Below, one piece after another: positions 1-10,189 of a stretch of DNA of 64,000 nt. The translations under genes and the position numbers were made by a program. This DNA is from a virus (Duplodnaviria > Caudoviricetes). The notes beneath the pieces were generated by a model. It was not told the origin of the DNA. It saw only the letters and a program-made list of their open reading frames with translations, and made no database searches. How positions within the stretch are numbered: position 1 is the first letter of the stretch; the number at the start of each line of letters is the position of its first letter. The stretch is from positions 9,666 through 73,665 of IMG/VR virus record IMGVR_UViG_3300025398_000635; one strand, 5' to 3'.

Positions 1-70
1 TGTCTACGGGTAATTCGGGTGATTCGAATATGGATATAGGAACTGGAAATAAATTAATAGTAGTTGACAT
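1..70 (-). CDS. 5' end of a gene running off the window (MSTTINLFPVPISIFESPELPVD...), possibly a TIGR02466-type 2OG-Fe(II) oxygenase
   Basis: Hand translation from ATG at 70; LFPVPI is typical of the N-terminus of that family. Confidence 0.45.
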   Translation of the reverse strand, partial: MSTTINLFPVPISIFESPELPVD

Positions 71-93
71 AAGAATATTTATGCCACTATAAT
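64..93 (+). promoter_or_regulatory. sigma70-type promoter TTGACA-N18-TATAAT, followed by late-type TAAATA at 101-106
   Basis: Consensus hexamers upstream of ATG 114. Confidence 0.6.
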
Positions 94-113
94 CCTTAAA
101 TAAATATGATGAT

Positions 114-1205
114 ATGTATAAATTTAAAGAAATAGGCGCCCTTCACGTTGAACTTAGTTCAAATTGTCAAGCCAGTTGTCCTATGTGCGCTAGAAATCAT
201 CACGGCGGCAAAGATAATCCCTTGCTCAAAGTTAAAGATATTGATCTTAGATTCTTTATTAGAATGATTCCTAGCAGGCTTGTAGAACAATTACACACTA
301 TAACAATGTGTGGAAACTTCGGTGATCCATTGCTTAATAATGACTTACTTAATATTGTCAAATATATTACTATGAACAATCCTAATATTAGGATTGATAT
401 ACATACTAACGGAAGCCTACGTTCGACTAAGTGGTGGGCAGAATTAGCCGCAGCATTACCCGACAATCATCTTGTACAATTTGGTATTGATGGATTGGAA
501 GATACTCACGCACTGTATCGTGTGGGGACGGACTTTAATAAAATCATTGACAATGCTAAAACATTTATTAATGCTGGCGGCAAAGCTCGCTGGAACTTTA
601 TTACATTTAGACACAACGAACATCAATTGGAAACCGCCCGACAGATGGCTAAGGATTTAGGATTTGATAGCTTCTATGAAAAGCAAACTAGCCGCTTTAT
701 AGGTAACCCTTGGTTTGATGCTTACGATAAAAATGGGAATGTAACCCATCGATTAGAAAATCCAACGGAACAAAAATTAGTGTTTGTAGATAAAAAGACT
801 GTAGAAAACTATAGAGAATTAGTTGCTAGTGCAACAATTAAATGTGAAGTTGAAGAACTTAATAGTGTATATATAGATGCACTAGGATACCTATGGCCTT
901 GTTGCTTTGTTGGAGCCACTCCATATATACATACAACAGAACAACAACTTGTTCATGATTTTCAAACAGATAGTAAATCAAGCCTTAATAGACTGCTAGA
1001 AAAATTTAAAGGTATTGAACAATTAAATTTACGTAAGAGGTCTGTTCAGGAAATAGTAGATAGTCCTGAATGGCAAAGTCAGTGGGACGAATCCTTTGAA
1101 GGTGATAAACTACATGTCTGTGTAAGAACTTGTGGTAAGTTTCCCGATGCTGTTATTAGTCAATGCCGCGATCAATTTGTAGACCTGGACACATTTAATG
1201 AATAA
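114..1205 (+). CDS. Radical SAM protein with C-terminal SPASM/twitch-like Cys domain
   Basis: CQASCPMC motif, GNFGDP, C-terminal YLWPCC...CVRTC. Confidence 0.9.
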   Translation: MYKFKEIGALHVELSSNCQASCPMCARNHHGGKDNPLLKVKDIDLRFFIRMIPSRLVEQLHTITMCGNFGDPLLNNDLLNIVKYITMNNPNIRIDIHTNGSLRSTKWWAELAAALPDNHLVQFGIDGLEDTHALYRVGTDFNKIIDNAKTFINAGGKARWNFITFRHNEHQLETARQMAKDLGFDSFYEKQTSRFIGNPWFDAYDKNGNVTHRLENPTEQKLVFVDKKTVENYRELVASATIKCEVEELNSVYIDALGYLWPCCFVGATPYIHTTEQQLVHDFQTDSKSSLNRLLEKFKGIEQLNLRKRSVQEIVDSPEWQSQWDESFEGDKLHVCVRTCGKFPDAVISQCRDQFVDLDTFNE

Positions 1206-2616
1206 GGTATTTTGGCTACAGCCCGAAACAACCCAACTAGGTGATTGGCAAAAACAAATTACCGAGCTAACCGGAAGTCCTAGCTTTTGTGTCCTACCGT
1301 GGATACATCTGGCCACCCGCCCTAATGGTGATATGCGTATATGCTGCGTGGCAAATGCGTCAGGTGCCGATAGTGGTGAGTACGATGTGGGGCTTGTTAA
1401 AAAGGAAGATGGTACTCCTGCTAATTTTGGGCGTGATTTGCCCACTGAGGCATTTAATAACAACTATATGCGATCGGTGCGTAAAACAATGTTAGCTGGT
1501 GAAGTGCCAGCTAGCTGTTTAAAATGCTATCAAGAAGAACAACAAGGTGTTGCCAGTAAGCGTATCTGGGAAACAGGCACCTGGCATTTACAAGAAAAAA
1601 TCGATATTAAAGAATTAATTGCAGAAACGCAAGCAGACGGTTCTGTACCTTATAAGTTACAGTATTTAGATCTTCGCTTGGGAAATACTTGCAATCTCAA
1701 ATGTATTATGTGTAGTCCACACGATAGTAGTTTATGGACTCCCGAACATAAAAAAGTATATCCGCTCTTTCAAAGTCCGTTAATTAAAAAACAAATGGGC
1801 TGGGATAAAAAAATGCACAACAACAGCTGGCATGAAAATCCCGAGTTCTGGGAAGAAGTCTATGATCAAATTCCCAACATTAAACAGTTGTATTTTGCAG
1901 GTGGTGAACCGTTGCTCATAAAAGAACATAAGGTATTTCTTTTAGAAATTATCAAACGTGGTTATGCTAGCCAAATTAGTTTACGGTATAATACTAACGG
2001 TATACTAGTCAATGATGAAATAATTGATATATGGAGCCAATTCCGTAAAGTAAAAGTAGGTGTTAGTTTAGACGGTATAGGACCGCGCGGTGAGTATATA
2101 CGCTATCCCTTAGATTGGAAGACAGTAGAAGAAAATTTAATTAAGTTAGATAATGCTCCAGACAACATACAGACTAACATTGCCATGGCTGTACAGATAC
2201 TAAACATTATGCACGTTCCGGATTTTATTAAATGGAAAGTGCGTATGAATTTTAAGAAAGTTAACTTTGATAAGAATGCCGCGGGACATGTAATGGGTGG
2301 AGGTTTAGTAGGTGTACACTTGCTATGGATTCCTACTTGGTTAAGTTTACGTGTATTACCTAAAGAAGATAAGGCAGAAGTACGTGAACTATTTTCTGAA
2401 CTACAGCAATGGTTATGGGACAACTATACACAAGATGCAGAGTTCTGGGAAGTTAATCCCTATGGATGGCGTCGCTGGGAAGGTATACTAGACTGGATGG
2501 ACGCAGAAGATCATACTAATTTACTACCAGATTTCCGTGAGTACATTAATACAATGGATGCACAACGTAAAACTGATTTTAAAATTACATTCCCCGAGTT
2601 GACACATTTACTATGA
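1198..2616 (+). CDS. Radical SAM protein with N-terminal auxiliary Fe-S (twitch-like) domain
   Basis: N-terminal CVLPW...RICC...CLKC; CNLKCIMC; GGEP. Confidence 0.9.
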   Translation: MNKVFWLQPETTQLGDWQKQITELTGSPSFCVLPWIHLATRPNGDMRICCVANASGADSGEYDVGLVKKEDGTPANFGRDLPTEAFNNNYMRSVRKTMLAGEVPASCLKCYQEEQQGVASKRIWETGTWHLQEKIDIKELIAETQADGSVPYKLQYLDLRLGNTCNLKCIMCSPHDSSLWTPEHKKVYPLFQSPLIKKQMGWDKKMHNNSWHENPEFWEEVYDQIPNIKQLYFAGGEPLLIKEHKVFLLEIIKRGYASQISLRYNTNGILVNDEIIDIWSQFRKVKVGVSLDGIGPRGEYIRYPLDWKTVEENLIKLDNAPDNIQTNIAMAVQILNIMHVPDFIKWKVRMNFKKVNFDKNAAGHVMGGGLVGVHLLWIPTWLSLRVLPKEDKAEVRELFSELQQWLWDNYTQDAEFWEVNPYGWRRWEGILDWMDAEDHTNLLPDFREYINTMDAQRKTDFKITFPELTHLL

Positions 2617-3698
2617 TTACTCGGATTGAATCAACACAACCCCGTAATAGATTAGAACTTCGATGGGCTTTGAACAACGTTTGTAATTTTAAATGTAGAT
2701 ATTGTTTTCCGGGTAGTAATGAAGGAAATTATCCAAGCCCAACAGATGTTGATTTATTAATTAAAAATTTTAATTACATGCTAGATTATTATAGCAAATA
2801 TGCCGGTAAAGAAGTATTTGATTTAAAAATACTAGGCGGCGAGCCTACTATGTATAAAGACCTTGATAAATTTATTAGAGGAATTAAAAAAGAACATAAT
2901 GTATATGTTAGTGTTGTTTCAAATGGATCTCGAACAATACGATGGTGGAAAGAAAACGGTATGTTAATTGATAATTTAATTTTAAGTTATCATCAACAAT
3001 TTGCTGATTTAGATCATACTATTAATGTTGCTGATATTATTCATGCGTATGGTAAAAAAGTTACAGTTCATGTGTTAATGGATGATCAGCACTGGGATGA
3101 ATGTGTTGCAAGTGTAAATTATATCAAAGCAAACAGCAAATATCGTTGGATGATTCAAACCAAAGAGTTAGTTTCTACTTCTCGAGTTAACATCTCGTAT
3201 ACAGATAAACAAAGAAACTTTTTTAAATATGAGCTTAAACGATTTCCTAGCATAATATGGATTTTAAAAAATCTTCATTTATTGTTTAAAGGACACGTTA
3301 AATTATTTGAAAGCAAATATACAGTTAATGGTAAGAAGCGCCGAGCTACTTCTCAATATTATATAACTACACAAGAAAATAATTTTAAGGGATGGGAATG
3401 TGCAATCGGAGTGGAGTCAGTCTATATAGATTTTGACGGTGAGTTAAAAGGTAGTTGTGGTCAATTAATTTTTAATAATACAAGATATAATATCTTAGAC
3501 AAGCAATTTATTAGTATTTTTAATCCGCAACTATCACCTAGCATCTGCACTATTAATAGATGTGTATGCCCGCCAGAAACACATTTATCAAAGTCTAATC
3601 TTAGTCAACGGAATGTCGGCAGCACACGTACAATAATTCCGATCACAGATAATCGGATCTACAGGAATAGTAAAGTTTCCCTGGTAGATATTACCTAA
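2613..3698 (+). CDS. Radical SAM protein
   Basis: CNFKCRYC, GGEPT, C-terminal C..G...SC...C...CxC. Confidence 0.9.
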   Translation: MITRIESTQPRNRLELRWALNNVCNFKCRYCFPGSNEGNYPSPTDVDLLIKNFNYMLDYYSKYAGKEVFDLKILGGEPTMYKDLDKFIRGIKKEHNVYVSVVSNGSRTIRWWKENGMLIDNLILSYHQQFADLDHTINVADIIHAYGKKVTVHVLMDDQHWDECVASVNYIKANSKYRWMIQTKELVSTSRVNISYTDKQRNFFKYELKRFPSIIWILKNLHLLFKGHVKLFESKYTVNGKKRRATSQYYITTQENNFKGWECAIGVESVYIDFDGELKGSCGQLIFNNTRYNILDKQFISIFNPQLSPSICTINRCVCPPETHLSKSNLSQRNVGSTRTIIPITDNRIYRNSKVSLVDIT

Positions 3699-4487
3699 AC
3701 TACCGCCCACTCGGCAGGTAGCGCGATGTACATCACCATCCCAATTAATCATTAGACTTTCTATCCCGGCGTTGCACGACCAACCCTTGTACTGATTGCG
3801 ATGCAGTTTAATAACATCGTTGGCATGCTGTGTTATTTGTCCAAACTTATCATCGAGCCAAATAATAACGTTAGGAGCAACTGTTGCTTCACTATCTTTA
3901 ATCCAATTTAAATCATCTGGGTGATAGCGCATATCATCGAACAAATCGTGATCTCCTTCGGTCCAGCGTATTCTGCGTATAGTGTATGGTACTTTTATAA
4001 TATCGAGATAATCAGCTGAATCTTTAACATCCTTCATGTGATCATGATGTGCCATTAACTGTAACACTAACGATTTGCTACTATCTTTCAAGCTAGTGGC
4101 AGTATGTAAAACTCTCTTAAAATCATATTCAAAGTGTATACTGAATACATATTGATCAACTCGTTGTCGTTGATACCATTCAGGTGTGCGTGTACCATTT
4201 GTAGTCACGCTGATCCAACTGATACCGACATGTTTAGCATAGTTGATTAATTCTTCAAAGTTTGGATGTACTGTAGGTTCCCCACCTGTGAAACTTAGTC
4301 GTACAGGTTTGCCTATCTTTACTAATTGATCTACGGTATTCTTTAATATTTCTATATCAGTATGTTTACTATTATTATCATGTATACTGCTAGGACAATA
4401 ACTACAATCGTAGTTACAACGCTTGCCGAGATTCCACTCGACTTTAACACTATTTTGATGGGGCCAGCGGCTAGTAACTTTAAACAT
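3588..4487 (-). CDS. Radical SAM protein, paralog of 2613..3698
   Basis: CNYDCSYC, GGEPT, CNAG...ATC...CDRNYCTC. Confidence 0.9.
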   Translation of the reverse strand: MFKVTSRWPHQNSVKVEWNLGKRCNYDCSYCPSSIHDNNSKHTDIEILKNTVDQLVKIGKPVRLSFTGGEPTVHPNFEELINYAKHVGISWISVTTNGTRTPEWYQRQRVDQYVFSIHFEYDFKRVLHTATSLKDSSKSLVLQLMAHHDHMKDVKDSADYLDIIKVPYTIRRIRWTEGDHDLFDDMRYHPDDLNWIKDSEATVAPNVIIWLDDKFGQITQHANDVIKLHRNQYKGWSCNAGIESLMINWDGDVHRATCRVGGSLGNIYQGNFTIPVDPIICDRNYCTCAADIPLTKIRL

Positions 4488-5745
4488 AGTCTTTGAATTC
4501 TTGTACTACATCAGTAAATGTTCGGCTGTTTCTAGTTTTATCTAACCGCCGATTAAACTCTACGCAATCTTCCCATAAATCACTAAGATCCTTAGCATTA
4601 AGAAAATTAATGTTATCTTGAATTTGTCCTAGTGTGTATTCTAATAGTTCAGGTCGTTCTTTAACTAGTTTGAAATTGGCCACTCGATCTTTAACTGCTT
4701 CCAGACGCATGATAGCTAACGATTTTAAGGGAGCAGGTAATACTTGCGCCGATAATAGATTAGGATAACTTACACGATGGGTGTGAAATATAATACCTAA
4801 CTTGTCTAAAAACTCTTCTATAATCTTGTCTAATATTAGTACGTTACTTACCTGAACAGTACAGGCACCTACTATACGACTAATGTTTGGTATAGATTGT
4901 ATTTGCCGAATGTTAGTAACCACTTCCTTCCAGCTGGCATTTGATCTTATGTATTCATATACATCACCTATACCATCTATACTTACATTGACCGCTACAC
5001 TTTTGAACTTGGGCCAGTATTGCCAAACAGTTCTGTTACTCTTGCCTAGCATACTTAAATTAGTAGCGTACTTTATTTCAATTTGATCACCGTACGGAGC
5101 AAGCATATCTAATATACGATAGTGCTGTGGATCCATTAAGGGCTCCCCACCGGCAAATTCTACACGACGGAAGTGAGGTAATAGTTTTTCTAGACTAGCC
5201 CACCACGCTGGACTATCTTGGAATTTATCTAGATGGGGTTTACTTTCTAAATTATTTTCTTCTACAATAGCATACATTATATTGCTTTCTTTCTTGTAGA
5301 ACTCTTTAACTTCATTCCAGTCTGTCCAACTAGTGCTATCCATAGGATGACACATACGGCAAGCAAGATTGCATAAGTTGTTTAATTTAAGTTCCATGGT
5401 AGGAATCTCAAACGGCATTGTAAAATCGTCTTGTAAACTGTTGAGTGCATCAGGATATAAATTAATCCTAGCTTCTGGTATCTTACCTGCTATATGACGC
5501 TGACGTAAACTTTCAACACCTTGATCTTCTAAACTAAAACATGGTTCACACTCGGGCGGACGTTCATCGTTGAGCACCTGCTGGCGAATACGTTTGATTG
5601 TATTGTTATTCCAAATTTCTTCTAACGATTGTTTATCTATAAATCCAATAGGATGGCTGCGACAGCAGGCGCAGATAGCCCCATCTTCTCTTGTGGCTAA
5701 TCCTGTAAAAGGATGCATACAGAATGTTTTACTGTTTGGCAACAT
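4480..5745 (-). CDS. Radical SAM protein, paralog of 1198..2616
   Basis: FCMHPF...CACC...CEPC; CNLACRMC; GGEP. Confidence 0.9.
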   Translation of the reverse strand: MLPNSKTFCMHPFTGLATREDGAICACCRSHPIGFIDKQSLEEIWNNNTIKRIRQQVLNDERPPECEPCFSLEDQGVESLRQRHIAGKIPEARINLYPDALNSLQDDFTMPFEIPTMELKLNNLCNLACRMCHPMDSTSWTDWNEVKEFYKKESNIMYAIVEENNLESKPHLDKFQDSPAWWASLEKLLPHFRRVEFAGGEPLMDPQHYRILDMLAPYGDQIEIKYATNLSMLGKSNRTVWQYWPKFKSVAVNVSIDGIGDVYEYIRSNASWKEVVTNIRQIQSIPNISRIVGACTVQVSNVLILDKIIEEFLDKLGIIFHTHRVSYPNLLSAQVLPAPLKSLAIMRLEAVKDRVANFKLVKERPELLEYTLGQIQDNINFLNAKDLSDLWEDCVEFNRRLDKTRNSRTFTDVVQEFKDYV

Positions 5746-6583
5746 ATCTTATTAGAGGACTTAGTCCCACTGGTTGGTTATCTTTAAGAGCAAGGTAAAT
5801 GCTCTTAGTTGGTGTTAGATCAAAGTCCTTGCATATCTTATAGTAAGTATCGCCGTAAGTATTCCACAAATAGTCTGGTAGAAGATTACGTAAGAAGTGT
5901 AAGCCAATCATCGCAGGTGCACGGAGATTCATATTAAAGTCATTCATAATAGTAACAGCATCTGGATCCTGACTTTTAGTCCAACGCAATCCTACACGAT
6001 TCCAACCTAGACCCAAACCTTTACTGAGGCTGATACCAACGCTACGAACAGCAGGATGCCCGACATCGAAAACAATATCCCTACAACAAGTAATCCAAGC
6101 GCCATCAATATGGACCGGAATTTCTTTATCCAAACATTCATCTAATATCTCCGTCATTTGATCATAGACTGCTCCTGTACCGGGAAAGGGCATGGCAATA
6201 ATTAACGGTAAGTCTCGACGTAAGTATCCCGGTATACTGTAAACTAAATTAGGATTTAGTCTAGCGTGATATCTATAATCGCCCTTTAGAGTCTGCACAG
6301 GCCCTTGCATATAGATAGCATCGATAAATTGTGTACAACCATTTATAATATCAACACGGTCAAATTTATCAAACCCAGTGATATTATTAAGTTTACTGGC
6401 AAATAACCATGCCGTCATTTCTTTTTTAAAATTGATATAGACTTGATCAGTAATGTCTTTATCCAGGACTCCGTTTAATACATCTTGTTGCAGTTGCTCA
6501 ATCCTAAGATCAGATAATGGTTGAGGACGATCTATCTCTAGCCATTTGGAATCATATGAAGGAGCAACACGTTGTGGTTTCAT
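5729..6583 (-). CDS. PLP-dependent fold-type-I enzyme (threonine aldolase/aminotransferase-like core)
   Basis: HIDGA and SLSKGLG motifs (pyridine-binding Asp, Schiff-base Lys). Confidence 0.65.
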   Translation of the reverse strand: MKPQRVAPSYDSKWLEIDRPQPLSDLRIEQLQQDVLNGVLDKDITDQVYINFKKEMTAWLFASKLNNITGFDKFDRVDIINGCTQFIDAIYMQGPVQTLKGDYRYHARLNPNLVYSIPGYLRRDLPLIIAMPFPGTGAVYDQMTEILDECLDKEIPVHIDGAWITCCRDIVFDVGHPAVRSVGISLSKGLGLGWNRVGLRWTKSQDPDAVTIMNDFNMNLRAPAMIGLHFLRNLLPDYLWNTYGDTYYKICKDFDLTPTKSIYLALKDNQPVGLSPLIRYVAKQ

Positions 6584-6621
6584 GAATTATTTACACTATA
6601 ATACTAGCACATAAATATTTC

Positions 6622-7293
6622 ATGCTAGAGCTCACTGATTATACTATATCTAACGAATTATTACAAGAGGCAATTAGTCTATTGCCCAAAATAGATGCAC
6701 GGTTAGCTCTTAATCAACCTAGTGCTAGATTCTTTAAAGATCCCTGGAAAATAAAACCAGAGTTTAAAAACACAGTTTGGGAACAGATTCTAGATAGTAT
6801 TGCTTGCGATAAAGGAGAAGCCAGACTAATTAAACTATCTCCGGGTGAGGCATATCCTAGTCATGCTGATATGGATGATCGATGGCATTTGTCTATTTGC
6901 GGTAATCATTCATATCTAATAGATTTAGAAAATAATCAAATGTTTCAAACTAAAGTAGACGGCTGTTGGTATAGTATGGACGCCGGAGTAAGACACACTG
7001 CTGCTAATTTTGGCAGCGAAGATAGATTGCAGTTAGTGGTCAGGAAGTTACTACCGACTAATATTCTTAAAGATCCGATTGATGTACATATTACGCTGAA
7101 AAATATCGTAGCAGATCGTAGATTTTTATTTGATGATATTATTAGCCCGTGGTTGAATAGAGCGTTCAAACGTGGTATTGTTAGTGACTTTGATGGTCAA
7201 GATCTAATTGCAAAACTTACCATAGAAGTAGACTGCTTAGATGAGTTAGATGCGTTGACTAAAGATTATTTTATACTAACAATAGATGTATGA
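6622..7293 (+). CDS. 2OG-Fe(II) dioxygenase, Asp/Asn beta-hydroxylase-like
   Basis: HxD (HAD) plus distal H (RHTAANFG..DR). Confidence 0.75.
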   Translation: MLELTDYTISNELLQEAISLLPKIDARLALNQPSARFFKDPWKIKPEFKNTVWEQILDSIACDKGEARLIKLSPGEAYPSHADMDDRWHLSICGNHSYLIDLENNQMFQTKVDGCWYSMDAGVRHTAANFGSEDRLQLVVRKLLPTNILKDPIDVHITLKNIVADRRFLFDDIISPWLNRAFKRGIVSDFDGQDLIAKLTIEVDCLDELDALTKDYFILTIDV

Positions 7294-7982
7294 ATACAGA
7301 TAATTGGAATCCCTTTTATAAAATCAATCCAGAAGATAATAATCTGATTGAAACTAATTTAATATATACTCCTCTAGTAAGTCCTAGTGGTAATGTATTT
7401 TGTATGCATTTTGATCATACTAGCAAATACCAAAATGAAGATCTAGCACACTGGTTACCTAATCGCCCGTACTATACTAAAGAGATGGTTAAATTTTTCT
7501 TCGATAGAGAAGTTGAGTATCTTACAGTATTCAAAGATAGAGTTTGGGCTCCAAGAAATATTTCAATAGACACAGAAGAACAAAAGATATTTTTCAGCTG
7601 GGTTGGAGAAACCTGTAATCAAATAGTATATACAGAGCGTAGTTTAGATGAAGAATGCCCCGATTGGAAAGAACAAATGTTTTCAATTTTAAAAGACATA
7701 GTTGATTCTGGATACTATAAAACTAGTCTATATCCGCATTGTTATTTTATTGATAACGGAGTATTGCGTACATTTGATTTTTATGGGTGTGTTAGAGCAA
7801 GAGATCCGTATGTCAAATTAGATCATATTCGAGGTATGATCGGTGAAACGTCGGGACCTAGATTTGAAGCAGCGATAGAAGGTGATGTTCTTAATATTGA
7901 AATATTATTCAAACAGGCATTAGAATCATGGGTTAAGTGGCCAGACGATGTTTTACCAAAAATGTACAAACAGCTATTTTAA
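7290..7982 (+). CDS. Protein-kinase-like fold protein (divergent)
   Basis: FDREV helix C-like segment, SLYPHCYF catalytic-loop-like segment, DFYG. Confidence 0.45.
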   Translation: MNTDNWNPFYKINPEDNNLIETNLIYTPLVSPSGNVFCMHFDHTSKYQNEDLAHWLPNRPYYTKEMVKFFFDREVEYLTVFKDRVWAPRNISIDTEEQKIFFSWVGETCNQIVYTERSLDEECPDWKEQMFSILKDIVDSGYYKTSLYPHCYFIDNGVLRTFDFYGCVRARDPYVKLDHIRGMIGETSGPRFEAAIEGDVLNIEILFKQALESWVKWPDDVLPKMYKQLF

Positions 7983-8023
7983 TAAAACTGTTATCAACCA
8001 AAAGATTATCATATAAATATTTC

Positions 8024-8536
8024 ATGAATTGTTCAAATATTATAGATTGGAAACATGTAATTGATACCCTAAAGGATCCAGCAGTTCCTGCATATATCAA
8101 ACCGGAAGAATGGTCCATGAAGAAAGATTATAATGAAATCCACAAGTTATGGATGGACGCTAATATGAATATTGCCGGCGTTCGAGTATTCAATTATGAA
8201 CCATTCCAAATCGATGATAACGTTGTTCCTGCGATGGAGAAGTTCTTAGGGTTGACTCATGTAGAATCTTGGATTAGTAGAATAGATCCTGGATGCATGG
8301 CCCCTTACCATTGGGACTTTGATAATCCTGCTATTGCAACACTGCCTCGAGAACCAAAAAGATATTCTGTACACATTAGCGAATTTTCATTTGGTCATGT
8401 TTTTATTGTAGATAATAGAATTTGTTATAATTTCCAAGTAGGTGATATAGTAGAATTTTCAAATTTTAGAGAGTGGCATGCTGGTGCCAACATGGGCCTT
8501 GTTCCGAAATACATGTATCACTTTATAGGATATTAA
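8024..8536 (+). CDS. 2OG-Fe(II)/cupin oxygenase
   Basis: HWD...WHAGAN; start reassigned to ATG 8024 after TATAAATA. Confidence 0.75.
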   Translation: MNCSNIIDWKHVIDTLKDPAVPAYIKPEEWSMKKDYNEIHKLWMDANMNIAGVRVFNYEPFQIDDNVVPAMEKFLGLTHVESWISRIDPGCMAPYHWDFDNPAIATLPREPKRYSVHISEFSFGHVFIVDNRICYNFQVGDIVEFSNFREWHAGANMGLVPKYMYHFIGY

Positions 8537-9088
8537 ATGAGTAAAGTTAAATTTGTAGGTAATTCTGCAGATATCATTGACTGGAACAAAGTTGTAGCAG
8601 AAGTTATCGATAAGCCGGGCAAGTTAGTCACAGCCGATAGATCCAAGTGGAAGATGGATTCTAATCCGGTCTACGGAGAACTGGTAGATCTATGGGAGCG
8701 AGCAAACTTTAACTTTGATTCTATCAAATGGATTAACTACTACCCGGGACAAGACTTTGATAGCGAAGTTATAGTTAAACTAGAAAACTTATTAAAAGTT
8801 AAAACAATCAAAGTATGGCTGGCAAGAATAGATCCCGGATGGTGTACACCATGGCATTGGGATACTGATGATAATGAAGAAGAATGGAATAAACTAGGAA
8901 ACACTCGTCGCTTTATGATATTCATTGATCCGCCTGCGGTGGGACATATACTTGCCATGGAAGAACAGTGTTTCTATAATGAAGCCATCGGCAACATGTA
9001 TGAGTGGAGTGACTATAAACTATGGCATGCTGGAACTAATGTAGGACTTACTCCTAAGTTTATATTACACTGGATGACTTACGATTAA
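8537..9088 (+). CDS. 2OG-Fe(II)/cupin oxygenase, paralog of 8024..8536
   Basis: RIDPG..PWHWD...WHAGTN shared with the upstream gene. Confidence 0.75.
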   Translation: MSKVKFVGNSADIIDWNKVVAEVIDKPGKLVTADRSKWKMDSNPVYGELVDLWERANFNFDSIKWINYYPGQDFDSEVIVKLENLLKVKTIKVWLARIDPGWCTPWHWDTDDNEEEWNKLGNTRRFMIFIDPPAVGHILAMEEQCFYNEAIGNMYEWSDYKLWHAGTNVGLTPKFILHWMTYD

Positions 9089-9660
9089 TCTAAATTATGA
9101 TCAATGTAGAATTTAGGTTTATGATATGCATCATCGGTTTCATGAGTACTAAATTGAAAAGTCACTCTCGGTATCATGCTAAGATTAACTACTCCGTGTA
9201 TTAGATCGGCCTGATCCCAAGTCCATAAATCACCAGCTTTATAATTAGTCATCATCTGGCCCCCTTCTGATACAAATACATGGCCTGGATGATAATCCAT
9301 CATTGCCATCCAGTATCGTTTAGCAGTTTGATAAATCTTTGTATGTGGGTCGTAATGCATACAAGCAACTGAGCCTGGCAGGAATTTAATGAACCACCAA
9401 TCCCAAGTTTTATTCCCTAAATCAATAGGTGGTGTTATTACAAAGTCCTTAATATCTTCAGTATACTGATTATACATATTTGAGTAAAAGTTACGTTTAT
9501 CGTAACCTGCTGCACAAAAAGTTTTATACCACGCTTCGTGTTCGGGGTGACCCTTCCATGTCAGTGGTTGATTTAACAGCGTCGGATCACCTTGAGTTTC
9601 TACTATTCTTTCTAGTAGCTCTGGCTGAATCCAATCTTTAAAATTACCTAGATATTTCAT
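9085..9660 (-). CDS. 2OG-Fe(II)/cupin oxygenase
   Basis: MHYDPH...HGVVNLSMIPR. Confidence 0.75.
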   Translation of the reverse strand: MKYLGNFKDWIQPELLERIVETQGDPTLLNQPLTWKGHPEHEAWYKTFCAAGYDKRNFYSNMYNQYTEDIKDFVITPPIDLGNKTWDWWFIKFLPGSVACMHYDPHTKIYQTAKRYWMAMMDYHPGHVFVSEGGQMMTNYKAGDLWTWDQADLIHGVVNLSMIPRVTFQFSTHETDDAYHKPKFYIDHNLD

Positions 9661-10189
9661 TATAAAAACTCATCTGCAGACTAATTCGGGGATTCATACT
9701 GATATTTGCAGCACCGTGCAAACACATAGCATCAGGCCATAAAAACAAATCGCCAGCCTTATAATTATTTAATAACACATCATCGTAGACAAATATGTGT
9801 CCATCTTCAAAATCTGTTAGCATCATAGTATAACGCTGACAATCTTGTGTATCTATAACATGCGGATCAAAATGCATAGGCTGCATATCCCCACCCATGT
9901 ATTTAACTATCCACCAATGATGTACTGGTGGCAAGTCAGGTAGATTAAATTTAAAATCAATTTGATCTAAAAACGGTTTTATACATTCTGTATTTTCAGT
10001 GTACTGATGAAAATGATAATCTAGTTTAGGATAGCCGGCATTTTCTAAAGCAATACGGGCAGCGTCCCATTCTGGTTTACCCGACCATTTTTCAGGCTGA
10101 TATACCGGAGTAATTTCACCATCATTGTTTAATACAGCATCAATTAATCCTGCTGGAATTTGATCTATGTAATTTCCGATATATTTCAT
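9644..10189 (-). CDS. 2OG-Fe(II)/cupin oxygenase, paralog of 9085..9660
   Basis: MHFDPH...HGAANISMNPR. Confidence 0.75.
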   Translation of the reverse strand: MKYIGNYIDQIPAGLIDAVLNNDGEITPVYQPEKWSGKPEWDAARIALENAGYPKLDYHFHQYTENTECIKPFLDQIDFKFNLPDLPPVHHWWIVKYMGGDMQPMHFDPHVIDTQDCQRYTMMLTDFEDGHIFVYDDVLLNNYKAGDLFLWPDAMCLHGAANISMNPRISLQMSFYNEISR

